Virus record (IMG/VR): IMGVR_UViG_3300030328_002903
Coordinates: 1-55,724 of that record
From: a virus
Lineage: Duplodnaviria > Caudoviricetes
Strand: one strand, 5' to 3'
Length of the DNA stretch: 55,724 nucleotides
Every line of letters starts with the position of its first letter. Within the stretch, counting starts at the first letter, position 1. Below the pieces are notes generated by a model that did not search any database, was not told the origin of the DNA, and saw only the letters and a program-made list of their open reading frames with translations. Below are positions 1 to 9,424 of this stretch, in pieces. The translations under genes were made by a program, and so were the position numbers.

Positions 1-253
1 CAGTAGCCGTTCCAACGGAACCTGTGCCCGCAAGACCCGTAACACTAACGGGTATACCAATAGCTGAAGTAGCCGTTCCAACGGAACCTGTGCCCGCAAG
101 ACCCGTAACGGAAGTACTTACTCCTGTTCCTTGAACAACAGTAACCGTTCCAACGGAACCTGTAGCTTCTGGGAGAGGTACTTCCGTACCCCAAGTACCC
201 GAGTTCCACGTACTGTACCCCCAACCAGAGAGAGGTACATGGATATCAGCCAT
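1..253 (-). CDS. 5' part of repeat-rich tail/virion structural protein (continues at 55724->55230)
   Basis: ATG at 253 overlaps the stop of the upstream gene (TAATG); reads MADIHVPLSGWGYSTWNSGTWG then VTGLAGTGSVGT repeats; open to the window edge. Confidence 0.8.
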   Translation of the reverse strand, partial: MADIHVPLSGWGYSTWNSGTWGTEVPLPEATGSVGTVTVVQGTGVSTSVTGLAGTGSVGTATSAIGIPVSVTGLAGTGSVGTAT

Positions 254-687
254 TAGGCTATCCTGATTATAGCGTTACTTGCATCCGCTGTTGGAAACAC
301 TACCTTAAAATCTCCTGAACTAGAAGACTTATCAGCACCAAAATCTAAAATAACAATAGAGGGATCTCCTGAAGCAGAATCGTTAAAAATCATAGCTCCC
401 ATAGCCGTAATGGTAGAAGAACTCCACGTTGAATCTGCAAAGTCCGTATAAGCTGTGGTGCTACTAGTTGTAGGATCTACTCTAGTAAGCGTATTTCCTT
501 TTGCCGTATAGCCCGTTCCGCTTATTTCATTAGAGCTAGTGTACGCTGTAGTAGCCGCTGTAAAACTTGCACTATCCGTATACAAAGCTATTTGAAAAGT
601 ACTGCCCCCTGAGTTCTTAAAATTATGCACTCCTTCCAATAATTCTTTCTTGAAAGATGTACACATAAAGTTTCCGCTAAACGCCAT
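253..687 (-). CDS. virion structural (tail-associated) protein
   Basis: 144 aa, beta-rich Ser/Thr composition, translationally coupled within the structural operon. Confidence 0.6.
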   Translation of the reverse strand: MAFSGNFMCTSFKKELLEGVHNFKNSGGSTFQIALYTDSASFTAATTAYTSSNEISGTGYTAKGNTLTRVDPTTSSTTAYTDFADSTWSSSTITAMGAMIFNDSASGDPSIVILDFGADKSSSSGDFKVVFPTADASNAIIRIA

Positions 688-688
688 T

Positions 689-985
689 TTATAATCTCCT
701 TATTAGTTCAGCCAGTTTTGGATGCCCCGCATCCTTGATTGCATTATACACAGTAGTTCTATCACTGCGTATAGCTTCCTTAATGTAATAGGTAACTATC
801 TTTTCTATGTTTTGGGCGTAGGTTCTAGCTTGGTCCCTTAGTACAGGATCTACGTTATCAGATACATGTATTATTTTTTTAACACAATCTTCAGCCACCT
901 CTTCTGGAGTAAAGCCTCTATTGTTCGTTGTCTTAACACCAACAATGGTTTTGTCTCTTGGTATGTCTAGTTTCAAATCAAACAT
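689..985 (-). CDS. hypothetical protein
   Basis: 98 aa, tightly packed in operon. Confidence 0.75.
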   Translation of the reverse strand: MFDLKLDIPRDKTIVGVKTTNNRGFTPEEVAEDCVKKIIHVSDNVDPVLRDQARTYAQNIEKIVTYYIKEAIRSDRTTVYNAIKDAGHPKLAELIRRL

Positions 986-1635
986 TAGTTCTTTTGCCTT
1001 ATTACTTTTCCAGTTCTATATTCATCTGTCGTATTTTTCGCTTCCCCAAGCATCTTAACCCCAGTTAATGCTTCTCCAAATTTTTGATTATACATGCTCA
1101 TTACATCTGCCTCGCCCTTCATAAAAGTATAAGCTTCTATTAGGGAACCATATAACATTGCTATCTCCGCATTTATACTTAACCATGTAGTTCCGCTTTC
1201 TGAACCGGCTGTTAAACTTGTAGGTCGATAGTAATAATGCAATTCTCCCGAATATACAACGTCTGGGGTAGGTGCCAATATAAAATGATCTACGTCAAAC
1301 ATACCATAGTATTTAGGGGTACCTGTCGTTGACGAAGAGGGAGTATATGTCTGAATAAAACTTACATCTTTAAATTCCACAAAAGACTTAGCTGTTTCTC
1401 CCGTTTTGGTGAAGCTCAAAGAAAAAGGAGCTAAGAAGTCTGAAGGAGTCGCATAGTATTGATTCCCTGTCGTATTTCCCGTTGCATTTTTTCTAAACAA
1501 CGTAAGTTGTACATTCTTCAATATACGTTCTTCTGTCAACCTAATAAACAAAGGGAGATTAGATACGAAACTAGTTTCCGTGTTTTCCGTATAATCTTGA
1601 ATGGCTTCCTTTAATTGTGCGTATGTAAAACTCAT
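985..1635 (-). CDS. head-tail adaptor / tail tubular protein-like
   Basis: N-terminal TYAQLKEAIQDY helix, GTPKYY and LAPTPD motifs typical of podovirus adaptor proteins. Confidence 0.6.
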   Translation of the reverse strand: MSFTYAQLKEAIQDYTENTETSFVSNLPLFIRLTEERILKNVQLTLFRKNATGNTTGNQYYATPSDFLAPFSLSFTKTGETAKSFVEFKDVSFIQTYTPSSSTTGTPKYYGMFDVDHFILAPTPDVVYSGELHYYYRPTSLTAGSESGTTWLSINAEIAMLYGSLIEAYTFMKGEADVMSMYNQKFGEALTGVKMLGEAKNTTDEYRTGKVIRQKN

Positions 1636-1958
1636 GTTGTGCTCACCGTTACCGTTCCTACAGAACCATTTATTTCAAGGTTATTAGGAGGATTAATACC
1701 ATTAGTTGGAGCACCTCCAACTGGATTCCAACTCCATTGAATATTTCTTTCAGCCGAAAGGTTTGGTTCCGGCCTTGGATTTCTTAATGCTTGTGGATCT
1801 GGATATGTTTTTGGAGGTCTAAGTTGAGGTTGTTTAGGATCCCATTCATCTGGACCTACTAAAGCTCCCGTCCATTCCTTCTTCATTGACGCTAATCTAT
1901 AACGAAATCCTGACCTATCCGATATTCCCCATGCTTTCTTGGCACTTGCGTATGGCAT
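1632..1958 (-). CDS. conserved phage hypothetical protein (structural region)
   Basis: 108 aa, ISDRSGFRY...DPQALRNPRP; ATGA overlap with next gene. Confidence 0.7.
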   Translation of the reverse strand: MPYASAKKAWGISDRSGFRYRLASMKKEWTGALVGPDEWDPKQPQLRPPKTYPDPQALRNPRPEPNLSAERNIQWSWNPVGGAPTNGINPPNNLEINGSVGTVTVSTT

Positions 1959-2627
1959 CTAAACCCTCAAATAATCTAAACTAGGCTGAAGTTTAAGAGG
2001 GGTTCTTCCCTCATCCTCATCACCTGCACGTTGAAACTCTTCTTCATAAACAGCCTTTAACAACTGAAGTCTTTCAGGTGCTCTTTTCATAGCTATATAA
2101 TAAGATAATCCTGCTACCATAGCAGGATAAAACCTAAATGGCATATCCGTTGTATTAACTAAAGTATCCGCATCATCAATTCTTTGAACATAATAATAAA
2201 TTAACTGATCCGTAGAATTTTCTGGTGTTGCCCAAACATTAATAACTGGGGCAATTTGTCTGTCAAAATAATATTGACTTGGTCTACCTTGAGTTGTTTT
2301 ATTAGGTATCGTGGAATATTCCCCCCGGCTAAGTCTACCTAACTCATAGTCAGTTGAACTTCTGCGTAAGGTTACTTCTAGGATATCTACTACAGTATCA
2401 GCCGTAAGAGTATAAGCGGATGTTCCTTGAGTCAAATCTTGAGTTGCTTGCTTAACTGTCCAAAGATTCAATCCTCGATTTGCCCATTCAGCGAACATAA
2501 GATTCAAAGACCTACGAGCCGTCTTAGCATCATAGCCAGTTCGTACTTCTAAACCACATCTTTCATATGCTTCTTCAATAACTTCAGCTACATCTAAGTT
2601 AAAGTCTCTTGAATCAGAAACAGCCAT
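1959..2627 (-). CDS. head-to-tail adaptor (tail tubular protein A-like)
   Basis: ARRSLNLMFAEWANRGLNLW, GRPSQYY motifs; downstream of capsid genes. Confidence 0.65.
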   Translation of the reverse strand: MAVSDSRDFNLDVAEVIEEAYERCGLEVRTGYDAKTARRSLNLMFAEWANRGLNLWTVKQATQDLTQGTSAYTLTADTVVDILEVTLRRSSTDYELGRLSRGEYSTIPNKTTQGRPSQYYFDRQIAPVINVWATPENSTDQLIYYYVQRIDDADTLVNTTDMPFRFYPAMVAGLSYYIAMKRAPERLQLLKAVYEEEFQRAGDEDEGRTPLKLQPSLDYLRV

Positions 2628-2857
2628 TAGAATATTCCTTTATACATCTTTCCTGATACTTGAATCTTGGGAGTACCCTGTATTTTCCCACCATCTCTAT
2701 AACCTATAGTTTCCTTAGTTGTTTCAGTAGATATTGTTTTTGGCATTCGATCAGAAACCATACCTCCACCCATCATACCTATTTCTTTTTTTGCTTTAGC
2801 AGCATCTTTCATTCCTTTTTTAGTATAAGGAAATTTCTTACCCGCAACATTTGGCAT
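2627..2857 (-). CDS. small basic hypothetical protein
   Basis: 76 aa, AAGGAG SD; contains MGGGMV and YRDGGKI motifs. Confidence 0.7.
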   Translation of the reverse strand: MPNVAGKKFPYTKKGMKDAAKAKKEIGMMGGGMVSDRMPKTISTETTKETIGYRDGGKIQGTPKIQVSGKMYKGIF

Positions 2858-2860
2858 TTC

Positions 2861-3097
2861 TTACTCCTTTTTATCTGATTTCTTACCACCTAAGTATTTA
2901 GGTGGTCTTCCTCTTTTCTTCTTAGGGGATGGGTGACGATCAATATGAAATGAGTCAGGGGGTGGTGTAACTATTTCCCCCATCGTAATATTTATATCTA
3001 CATCTTCTTTGTTTTTGGAACCATTAGGTAAAGACATAGCAATAAGGTGCAGGGAATCAGCCAACCAAAAAACTAAACTTTTAAAAATTCTTATCAC
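2861..3097 (-). CDS. hypothetical protein with AT-hook-like KKRGRPPK
   Basis: GTG start, 78 aa, fits gap between neighbours. Confidence 0.55.
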   Translation of the reverse strand: MIRIFKSLVFWLADSLHLIAMSLPNGSKNKEDVDINITMGEIVTPPPDSFHIDRHPSPKKKRGRPPKYLGGKKSDKKE

Positions 3098-3098
3098 T

Positions 3099-3299
3099 TT
3101 ATTCCCCTAGTTTAGAAACTTGAACCTGTGACCTCTTAATAAAGTCTTCCCATAAGGGTTTTATCATTTCATGGTTTGCGTTTACCTGAATAGCCATAAC
3201 TTCTGTCCTTTTGTCCACATTAATTAATGTGGCAACCATCCAGGCAATCGCACCAAAACTACAAGAAACCGTTATACCTATTATAATTTCTCTAGTCAT
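3099..3299 (-). CDS. small membrane protein
   Basis: 66 aa with N-terminal hydrophobic helix. Confidence 0.7.
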   Translation of the reverse strand: MTREIIIGITVSCSFGAIAWMVATLINVDKRTEVMAIQVNANHEMIKPLWEDFIKRSQVQVSKLGE

Positions 3300-3568
3300 T
3301 ATCCAAAAAATCCCGTGATGGAATCAATGTTTGTTAACGTCACATGACATTCATCTGCAAAAATCATCCCATGATCTGGAATACTTATTTGAATATCAGT
3401 AGAAGCCGTGAAGACCATAGATAACAAAGTTGCACCACCACTTCCATTTTTAAAAACCACAGCCGGAGAACCAGATGCACACTTGGCGGTGAACCCTTTT
3501 AATCGGGTTCTACCAGCTTGAAGTGTTCCTGTTGACGTAGCTGTTTTTGCAAATATTGAAGCAGCCAT
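3299..3568 (-). CDS. small virion structural protein
   Basis: 89 aa, GGAGG SD, beta-rich. Confidence 0.65.
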   Translation of the reverse strand: MAASIFAKTATSTGTLQAGRTRLKGFTAKCASGSPAVVFKNGSGGATLLSMVFTASTDIQISIPDHGMIFADECHVTLTNIDSITGFFG

Positions 3569-3580
3569 TATTACCTCCTA

Positions 3581-4201
3581 TTAAGATGCTACGTCATAAC
3601 CAAGAACTTCAATTAAGAAACGTCCTGCGGTATAAGCAGCGTGGCCTGTACCTTGGCTTACAAGATATAAGTATTGATCTGCTGTAACATCTCCAAAAGC
3701 CTTTATAGTTCCTACGGCAAAACCACCTGAGTTAATAATTTGAGTTTCAGTTAAATCAGCAATGGCTGTATCGTTAACACCAGTTCCTTCTGTCGCAGAA
3801 TAGAGATCAATGTCTGTAGAACCTCCCGCAGGAGTCTCTAAACAAGTCATTGTTCCACCAAATATAGTGCCTTGGTTTGCTGTGGTAACTCTACCAATAA
3901 AAGCAACCCCATCACCATCTTTACCTATGATATCTCCCGCAGTATCCCCATCTCTAAGGTCGGTTAGATCTATCATTATTGAAGTTTTTACAATATTTAC
4001 ATTAGTAGAAACATCACTTTTTAATCTATTAACTTGAGTTACATAAACAGCAGCTGTGCCTTCAATACCAGCACTGCCAGTGGCCTCTGTAGCCATTTTA
4101 TCACCACTGGTTACAGTTATAGTACCAGTAGTGGCATTCTTTGATACCATTTGAAACCCGTTTTCTGAACGGACGGGACCGTTAAAAGTAGTTGTACCCA
4201 T
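3581..4201 (-). CDS. capsid-associated/decoration-type structural protein
   Basis: MGTTTFNGPVRSENGF N-terminus; first gene after the MCP terminator. Confidence 0.55.
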   Translation of the reverse strand: MGTTTFNGPVRSENGFQMVSKNATTGTITVTSGDKMATEATGSAGIEGTAAVYVTQVNRLKSDVSTNVNIVKTSIMIDLTDLRDGDTAGDIIGKDGDGVAFIGRVTTANQGTIFGGTMTCLETPAGGSTDIDLYSATEGTGVNDTAIADLTETQIINSGGFAVGTIKAFGDVTADQYLYLVSQGTGHAAYTAGRFLIEVLGYDVAS

Positions 4202-4276
4202 TATAAAACTCCTCTGTCTTTAATGTCAGCCACACCATGTAGCTGTCAGGGATAACTGAAGTATATACTATGAATT

Positions 4277-4314
4277 AAAAAAAAGAAAGGGGTGTCTTTA
4301 AGGACACCCCTTCC
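4277..4314 (-). terminator. Rho-independent terminator after major capsid gene
   Basis: minus strand AAGGGGTGTC-cttaaa-GACACCCCTT followed by a T-tract. Confidence 0.85.
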
Positions 4315-4342
4315 AAGGGAGGAAATATTCCTATACCACAGT

Positions 4343-5254
4343 TTACGCTCCAGGGGAACCGTAAACACATCTTGGATCAGAAAAACCAAAGCTATATCTT
4401 TCTCTAGCTTTGTATCTCATGTTTCCTGTATCGAAATCTGCTTCCATGTTTGTAGATAAACCTAGACGTTCAAAGTGAATGAACCCTCTAGGAGCATCTG
4501 TAATAACGAAGAACGCATCCGTATCTGTTAAGAAGTCATTAACAGCATAACCATTAGGTAACATTCCCATAGACTTGATTGCGTTTGTATCGTTATCAGC
4601 AGTTCCTACTCTAAGATTAGAAACCATTAACCTTTCAGCTACAAACTGTAACTGTCTTGGAATAATGAGTTTCATTCCTCTTAAAGCAACTTTTAAACCA
4701 CGCTCATCAACAAAACCAGAAATATTGATAAGAGCATCTTCAAGAGATGTTTCATTCAAATCTGCGGCTGTTGATGGCTCATTTGCAAAGGTATTACCAT
4801 TGGTTAATGGATGATCCGTAGCACAAAGTGCCACACCATCACCACCTGCTGAAGCTCCTGCTGTGAACGCATTGTTCAAGATAGCAGCGGCTTTAACCTG
4901 CTTGGTATGTGCCATTGAACGAGCTAATGCTCGAGTGTACCTTGACCCAAGTCGGTCATATAGGTTGTCCTCTACTGCTTCTTCAGTAATTGAAAAAGCT
5001 AATGCAATAGTTTCGTGGTTGTAACGTGCTGTAAATGCTTCATTAGCATCGTCAAAATTTACGGCAGAACCTTCTGACTTAGTTGGTGCTGCTCCAAAAC
5101 CTGACAACATAACCTCTTCTTCAAACGCACGGTCTGAAGATTCAGTTGTATAGATTTCAGCATGTTGGTTATCGTACCGATCATACTCCATTCCAAACAG
5201 AGCGTTGAGACCGGGTTCTAGCTCTTTAGCTAGTTGTGCTCTTGATATAGCCAT
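4343..5254 (-). CDS. major capsid protein
   Basis: 303 aa, MAISRAQLAKELEPGLNALFG...RYKARERYSFG..DPR..YGSPGA typical of this podovirus MCP family; followed by a strong terminator. Confidence 0.9.
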   Translation of the reverse strand: MAISRAQLAKELEPGLNALFGMEYDRYDNQHAEIYTTESSDRAFEEEVMLSGFGAAPTKSEGSAVNFDDANEAFTARYNHETIALAFSITEEAVEDNLYDRLGSRYTRALARSMAHTKQVKAAAILNNAFTAGASAGGDGVALCATDHPLTNGNTFANEPSTAADLNETSLEDALINISGFVDERGLKVALRGMKLIIPRQLQFVAERLMVSNLRVGTADNDTNAIKSMGMLPNGYAVNDFLTDTDAFFVITDAPRGFIHFERLGLSTNMEADFDTGNMRYKARERYSFGFSDPRCVYGSPGA

Positions 5255-5265
5255 CAGTCAGTCTC

Positions 5266-5901
5266 CTATAAGCCTGTTGTCGATGGAGTACCAGCAACGA
5301 GTGCACCATTTGGTGACATGAAGCTATTATTCAATCGAACAATTAATGGGATACCAGCTGCTGTATAGTCCGCACTTGAAGGGTCGTCTTGAATCCCCAT
5401 AATTCTCAAGTGTAAGGCAGCAGTGGCTGCGATAGTTCCTACTGCTAGTGTCGCACTAGACATACCAGTTGTTGTAGAACCAGATTGCCCCGTAGCAAAA
5501 TTAGCATTCATAAAAACATGTGCTCTAGCAGTAGCTTCACTTGTAAGCGTACCATCAGAAGCAATAATATATGATTGCATAGGATTATCGTAAACGAAAG
5601 CTTTGACCGGATGATTAGAATCCGCTCCAGAACCGGGCCAATAGTTTGACCATATTTTTTCTCCACTAGTAGACGAGATATACTCACAACCCCAAAAAAC
5701 ACCAACGAGTCCTACCGTTCCACCAGCTGCTGCTCCAACCCGGTCAATAACACCGGCGGCTAGAGGAATAACAGGGGAACCTTGGTAAATTGCGTTACTA
5801 TTATCGTAAGCTATGCGATATTCGGTCATACCAGTAGTGTTTGCAGCCTGACCGACTACACCAATCGGACGTAGTCCGAAAGCACCATTAGCATTTGCCA
5901 T
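5266..5901 (-). CDS. capsid decoration/cement protein
   Basis: MAN...FGLRP N-terminus, immediately upstream of MCP. Confidence 0.6.
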   Translation of the reverse strand: MANANGAFGLRPIGVVGQAANTTGMTEYRIAYDNSNAIYQGSPVIPLAAGVIDRVGAAAGGTVGLVGVFWGCEYISSTSGEKIWSNYWPGSGADSNHPVKAFVYDNPMQSYIIASDGTLTSEATARAHVFMNANFATGQSGSTTTGMSSATLAVGTIAATAALHLRIMGIQDDPSSADYTAAGIPLIVRLNNSFMSPNGALVAGTPSTTGL

Positions 5902-5923
5902 TTTAGTCTCCTAAAAATTAAAA

Positions 5924-6382
5924 TTAATCGGAGTCTCCTTTTGATCCTCCGAAGGTTACACGACTTTGCCGACTATTGTGAATCGGCATTGAAGGATGTT
6001 GTTCCTTCATTAAGTCCTGATCGACAGCTTTCATTTGTTCGCGGGTTCGGCCCCCGTAGTACTCGTGTCTTTCATGTACTGTTTCTTCAGGCATTCGACA
6101 AAGCATCAAACCGCCTTGTCCTATAACACCCTGATACTTACCATCATCAATAATAGGTGCTTCGTAATCTGGATATTCGTCAGCACGGACGGGTTCCCAT
6201 CCTTCACGTAACTTAGTATGGACATTCATCTTGTCCTCTTCGCCACGCATTGCCACTCTTATCCAACGATGCACATATCCCTCTGGAGGTCTTGGTGCAT
6301 CAAGCATCTGTGGTGGTGCCCAGGGTTTTCTGCGAGTTTCTTTTTCTCGAGTCTCTTTAGTTCTAACGGTTCTTTCAGCCAT
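5924..6382 (-). CDS. conserved head-region protein
   Basis: WAPP..LDAP..PEGY.HRWIR...EGWEPV motifs; between scaffold and capsid genes. Confidence 0.7.
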   Translation of the reverse strand: MAERTVRTKETREKETRRKPWAPPQMLDAPRPPEGYVHRWIRVAMRGEEDKMNVHTKLREGWEPVRADEYPDYEAPIIDDGKYQGVIGQGGLMLCRMPEETVHERHEYYGGRTREQMKAVDQDLMKEQHPSMPIHNSRQSRVTFGGSKGDSD

Positions 6383-6385
6383 GCT

Positions 6386-7288
6386 CTACTCCTTCACATG
6401 TTTAGCGTATTCTTCAAGAGGTACGCCAAGCTTTTTAGCAATAGCTACCTGAGAAGGTGACAGCTTGACCGTCCTACGCCCCTGTTTGTTGCGGGAAGCG
6501 GAATTACCAGCAGAAGCGACCTGGGTTCCACCCGTTTTCTTTTGCGTTGAGAATTTCTGTGGAAATTCTTTACGAATGCGTTTATCGATTTCATTATAGT
6601 ACTCTTCTGAGCTTGCGTCAAACCCTTCTTCATTCGTAAGAATATTATGTAGGGTAAAAGCTGCAGTAGTCATAATCTTATCTTGACCAAACCAATTATT
6701 GTCAGATGCCCATTTCTCGGCTCTAGCATCAGGTTTATGTTGTTGTGGAGCCTGTTGTTGTGGAGCCTGTTGTTGGGGAACTCTTGGTTGAGCTTTAGCC
6801 TGCTGTTCAACTCTAAGTTTAGCAGTATTATAATTTTGTTGTTCTACGGCAATAGCTGCCATAGCCTGTTGAGCTTCTGCCATCTTATTAGCATCGCCTG
6901 CTTCATAAGCTTCAGTATACATTTGTTTAGCTTGCTGTGATTGTGCTTGCAACCGTGTTCCATACTCACTTACATAACCTGTATCAAGATTCTTAACTCT
7001 AGTCTGAAGTTTTTTATTCTCTTCAATAAGTCTTCTGGAAAGAGTTACAGCTTCTTCTTTATCCCTTTCCTCTTGACGATACTTTTCCGTCAGCTTTTTT
7101 ATGCGTGATTGAACACTCTTACTATAGGATTCTAACTCATCTTCTGATGATGCTTCCTTTTTAGGTTCTTCTTGCTCCTTTGAAACTTCCTGTTTTTCAG
7201 GTTCTTGCTCAACGATAATCTCTTGTTTTTCTTCTTTCTCTACCGTTGCTTTCTTTTCTTTTTCTACTACTGCTTCTGCTTCTGTCAT
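6386..7288 (-). CDS. capsid scaffolding protein
   Basis: acidic coiled coil with C-terminal VKLSPSQVAIAKKLGVPLEEYAK helix. Confidence 0.75.
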   Translation of the reverse strand: MTEAEAVVEKEKKATVEKEEKQEIIVEQEPEKQEVSKEQEEPKKEASSEDELESYSKSVQSRIKKLTEKYRQEERDKEEAVTLSRRLIEENKKLQTRVKNLDTGYVSEYGTRLQAQSQQAKQMYTEAYEAGDANKMAEAQQAMAAIAVEQQNYNTAKLRVEQQAKAQPRVPQQQAPQQQAPQQHKPDARAEKWASDNNWFGQDKIMTTAAFTLHNILTNEEGFDASSEEYYNEIDKRIRKEFPQKFSTQKKTGGTQVASAGNSASRNKQGRRTVKLSPSQVAIAKKLGVPLEEYAKHVKE

Positions 7289-7298
7289 ACCTTACTCC

Positions 7299-7766
7299 TT
7301 AAATATGTGTTATATCATCAGGGTCTAAAACCGTGGCAATAACTTCATCATCATTGATAATACGGACTTCTCCACCATCAATTTTAAATCTGGAGCCAGA
7401 GTATCGTCCAATACAGACCCAACATTTTTCTTTACACCAAGGGGAGTCTCCAAAACGTTCTTTGTCTTGGTACGCTAATGGACCTAACTTTAGAACATAA
7501 GCAACAACTGTAGCCACAGATTCTCTTTCTCTAATTTCATCGGGAACGATAATTCCTCCAGAAGTCTGTGCCTTTCCTTGATATGGCATAACAAGAACCC
7601 TCCAACCAGTTGGTTGGGGTAGTCGGTCTAGTAAAGATTTTTGTAAGAGGGATGGGTCTAAAACTCTATTACCAGGATTAACCCAAGGACTATCTGAATT
7701 TTCTACTTTGTTTTTCTTTTCGATGTCCTTTTTTACATAGTCAGGAACGTAAAGTGTCTTTGTCAT
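7299..7766 (-). CDS. groES: GroES-like (Cpn10) co-chaperonin
   Basis: PTGWRVLV...TSGGIIVP...V..GP...RYSG...IINDDEVIA; start taken at MTKTLY (7766). Confidence 0.8.
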   Translation of the reverse strand: MTKTLYVPDYVKKDIEKKNKVENSDSPWVNPGNRVLDPSLLQKSLLDRLPQPTGWRVLVMPYQGKAQTSGGIIVPDEIRERESVATVVAYVLKLGPLAYQDKERFGDSPWCKEKCWVCIGRYSGSRFKIDGGEVRIINDDEVIATVLDPDDITHI

Positions 7767-7953
7767 AATTTTCATTATTCTCCAGCATGGCCTTGATTTC
7801 CTCACGGGCAAGAGAAAGACCACGTATTTCTCCTACCGTCATTTTATACTCTTCCCAGTTTTTAACACCACCGGCTGAAAGAGCCGAGGAAAGATTTTCT
7901 TCCCTCTCTTTTAGTTTATTATATAAATATTTCGAGAAGTCAACAACATCCAT
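7741..7953 (-). CDS. conserved hypothetical protein
   Basis: ~70 aa, LS.G.V..WEEYK..VGEIRGL. Confidence 0.7.
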   Translation of the reverse strand: MDVVDFSKYLYNKLKEREENLSSALSAGGVKNWEEYKMTVGEIRGLSLAREEIKAMLENNENYDKDTLRS

Positions 7954-7968
7954 ACATTTATCTTTCAA

Positions 7969-8190
7969 TTATATATCAATTTTGTTTACTTTTATCTTAT
8001 CTGGAATGATTTGGCAAGCCGGTCTTGCTTGATAAATAGCTGGATTCTTTAACAAAAAAAGAGCTTTATCATTTGCCTCTTCAAAACATTCTTCCTTAGT
8101 TTCTAAAAGTTCAAGTCCTGTAATAATATTACAGGACTCTACATAAGGGGCAGAACATACTAATATTAAAGGTATCCATAAACCTCCCAC
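7969..8190 (-). CDS. small exported/membrane Cys-containing protein
   Basis: hydrophobic N-terminus LWIPLILVC; downstream of endolysin. Confidence 0.6.
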   Translation of the reverse strand: MGGLWIPLILVCSAPYVESCNIITGLELLETKEECFEEANDKALFLLKNPAIYQARPACQIIPDKIKVNKIDI

Positions 8191-8703
8191 TCAAACCATC
8201 TCCAAGGCTGTTTCTTTTGTTTCCTTATTGCGGCGGGTCCAGCCACGACCAAAAGTTGAAAACGTCTTTAAATTTTCATAAAACGCTTGTCTCTGTTCAT
8301 ACATCTTTTGAACAAGAACTTTTTGATCTTGACTTGCTATAGCCTTTAAAGTCATTGGGCCAATAGAACCATCTTGTGTAACCCCACAAATACGTTGGAT
8401 TGCTTTCGCCGGTCTTCCACTACCAGAATTAACACACCAATCAAAACAACTCCAATCGGTTCCACTTGGAAGGTTATCTCCTTTAACCTTATCCCAGTAG
8501 TTCTTTTTATAAATGGGAGCAACATCGTCCTGTGTCAAGGCTCTCATCTCCGCTTCTGTCGATTCTCTACCAATCCATTTATCATAGACAGCCTTGGTTA
8601 CCCCCAAATTAGTCATACCTCCTGGATCTTTTGGGTGATTTACGAAGCCGCCTTCGTGTTTTAAAAGCATTTTCAAACACTTATCAAAATTTTCTTTTGC
8701 CAT
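8191..8703 (-). CDS. endolysin, glycoside hydrolase family 108 with peptidoglycan-binding C-terminus
   Basis: HEGGFVNHPKDPGGMTNLGVT, IYKKNYW, FGRGWTRR. Confidence 0.92.
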   Translation of the reverse strand: MAKENFDKCLKMLLKHEGGFVNHPKDPGGMTNLGVTKAVYDKWIGRESTEAEMRALTQDDVAPIYKKNYWDKVKGDNLPSGTDWSCFDWCVNSGSGRPAKAIQRICGVTQDGSIGPMTLKAIASQDQKVLVQKMYEQRQAFYENLKTFSTFGRGWTRRNKETKETALEMV

Positions 8704-8706
8704 GAT

Positions 8707-8802
8707 CTATCTTGTTTCCCTTAGTTTGATTGCAAGACGAATGCAATTTACTAAGGTATTCAAGCAAACGGCACTCACAAGTATTAATTGCCAAGTTTCC
8801 AT
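8707..8802 (-). CDS. 31-aa membrane peptide (not in ORF track)
   Basis: METWQLILVSAVCLNTLVNCIRLAIKLRETR; fills the gap exactly. Confidence 0.55.
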   Translation of the reverse strand: METWQLILVSAVCLNTLVNCIRLAIKLRETR

Positions 8803-9021
8803 TTATTCACCACACTTACATTTTCCATTCTTCGCTGACACCCAACCGGCTACGATTCCAACGATACCTGTAATAGCCATTTGAAGTAGCTCTATGACTG
8901 ATTGATCTAACTTTCCACCATGAAGATTTGCCATAGAAAACTCATCATAGACGATTAATCCAAGTAGTACCATTAGAGATACTCCCATTAAACAAATTGT
9001 AATATCTTTTATATGTGACAT
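8803..9021 (-). CDS. two-TM membrane protein (holin/antiholin-like)
   Basis: two hydrophobic helices; in lysis cluster. Confidence 0.6.
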   Translation of the reverse strand: MSHIKDITICLMGVSLMVLLGLIVYDEFSMANLHGGKLDQSVIELLQMAITGIVGIVAGWVSAKNGKCKCGE

Positions 9022-9422
9022 TATTTCGTAAGTCCCTTCTGTTTCTCATACGTCCGTAATCCTCCGATTCCAAGTAATCCGCCCAAAACCGTGAGGAGCG
9101 TATTCATGTTAAATTTTGGTAGGTCTGGTATATCCACTCCAACAATTGCAACCACAAAAATAATTAATGGCTGTAATACAAAGTGATATGCGAAAGCTAT
9201 CGCACAGATCCATCCTACAGCTGGCCTCCAGCCTCCCTTAAACAAACTTCCTGAAGCTGCTTCCGCTTTATTTATTTCCAACTGAGCGAGTAACGCTTCC
9301 TGGGCATGTTTGTCTGCCATCGTAGCTATCTCGTGAGAGAGCTTACGTTTTAAATCTTGATCAGGTATTACCTTATCTAAAAGATCTGTAGCAGGCCCCA
9401 CCAAGGAAGACAGTAAACTCAT
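9021..9422 (-). CDS. holin (GTA 3-TM holin / DUF3154-like)
   Basis: GWRPAVGW...LLG.GGLRTYEK.KG signature. Confidence 0.8.
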   Translation of the reverse strand: MSLLSSLVGPATDLLDKVIPDQDLKRKLSHEIATMADKHAQEALLAQLEINKAEAASGSLFKGGWRPAVGWICAIAFAYHFVLQPLIIFVVAIVGVDIPDLPKFNMNTLLTVLGGLLGIGGLRTYEKQKGLTK

Positions 9423-9424
9423 TC

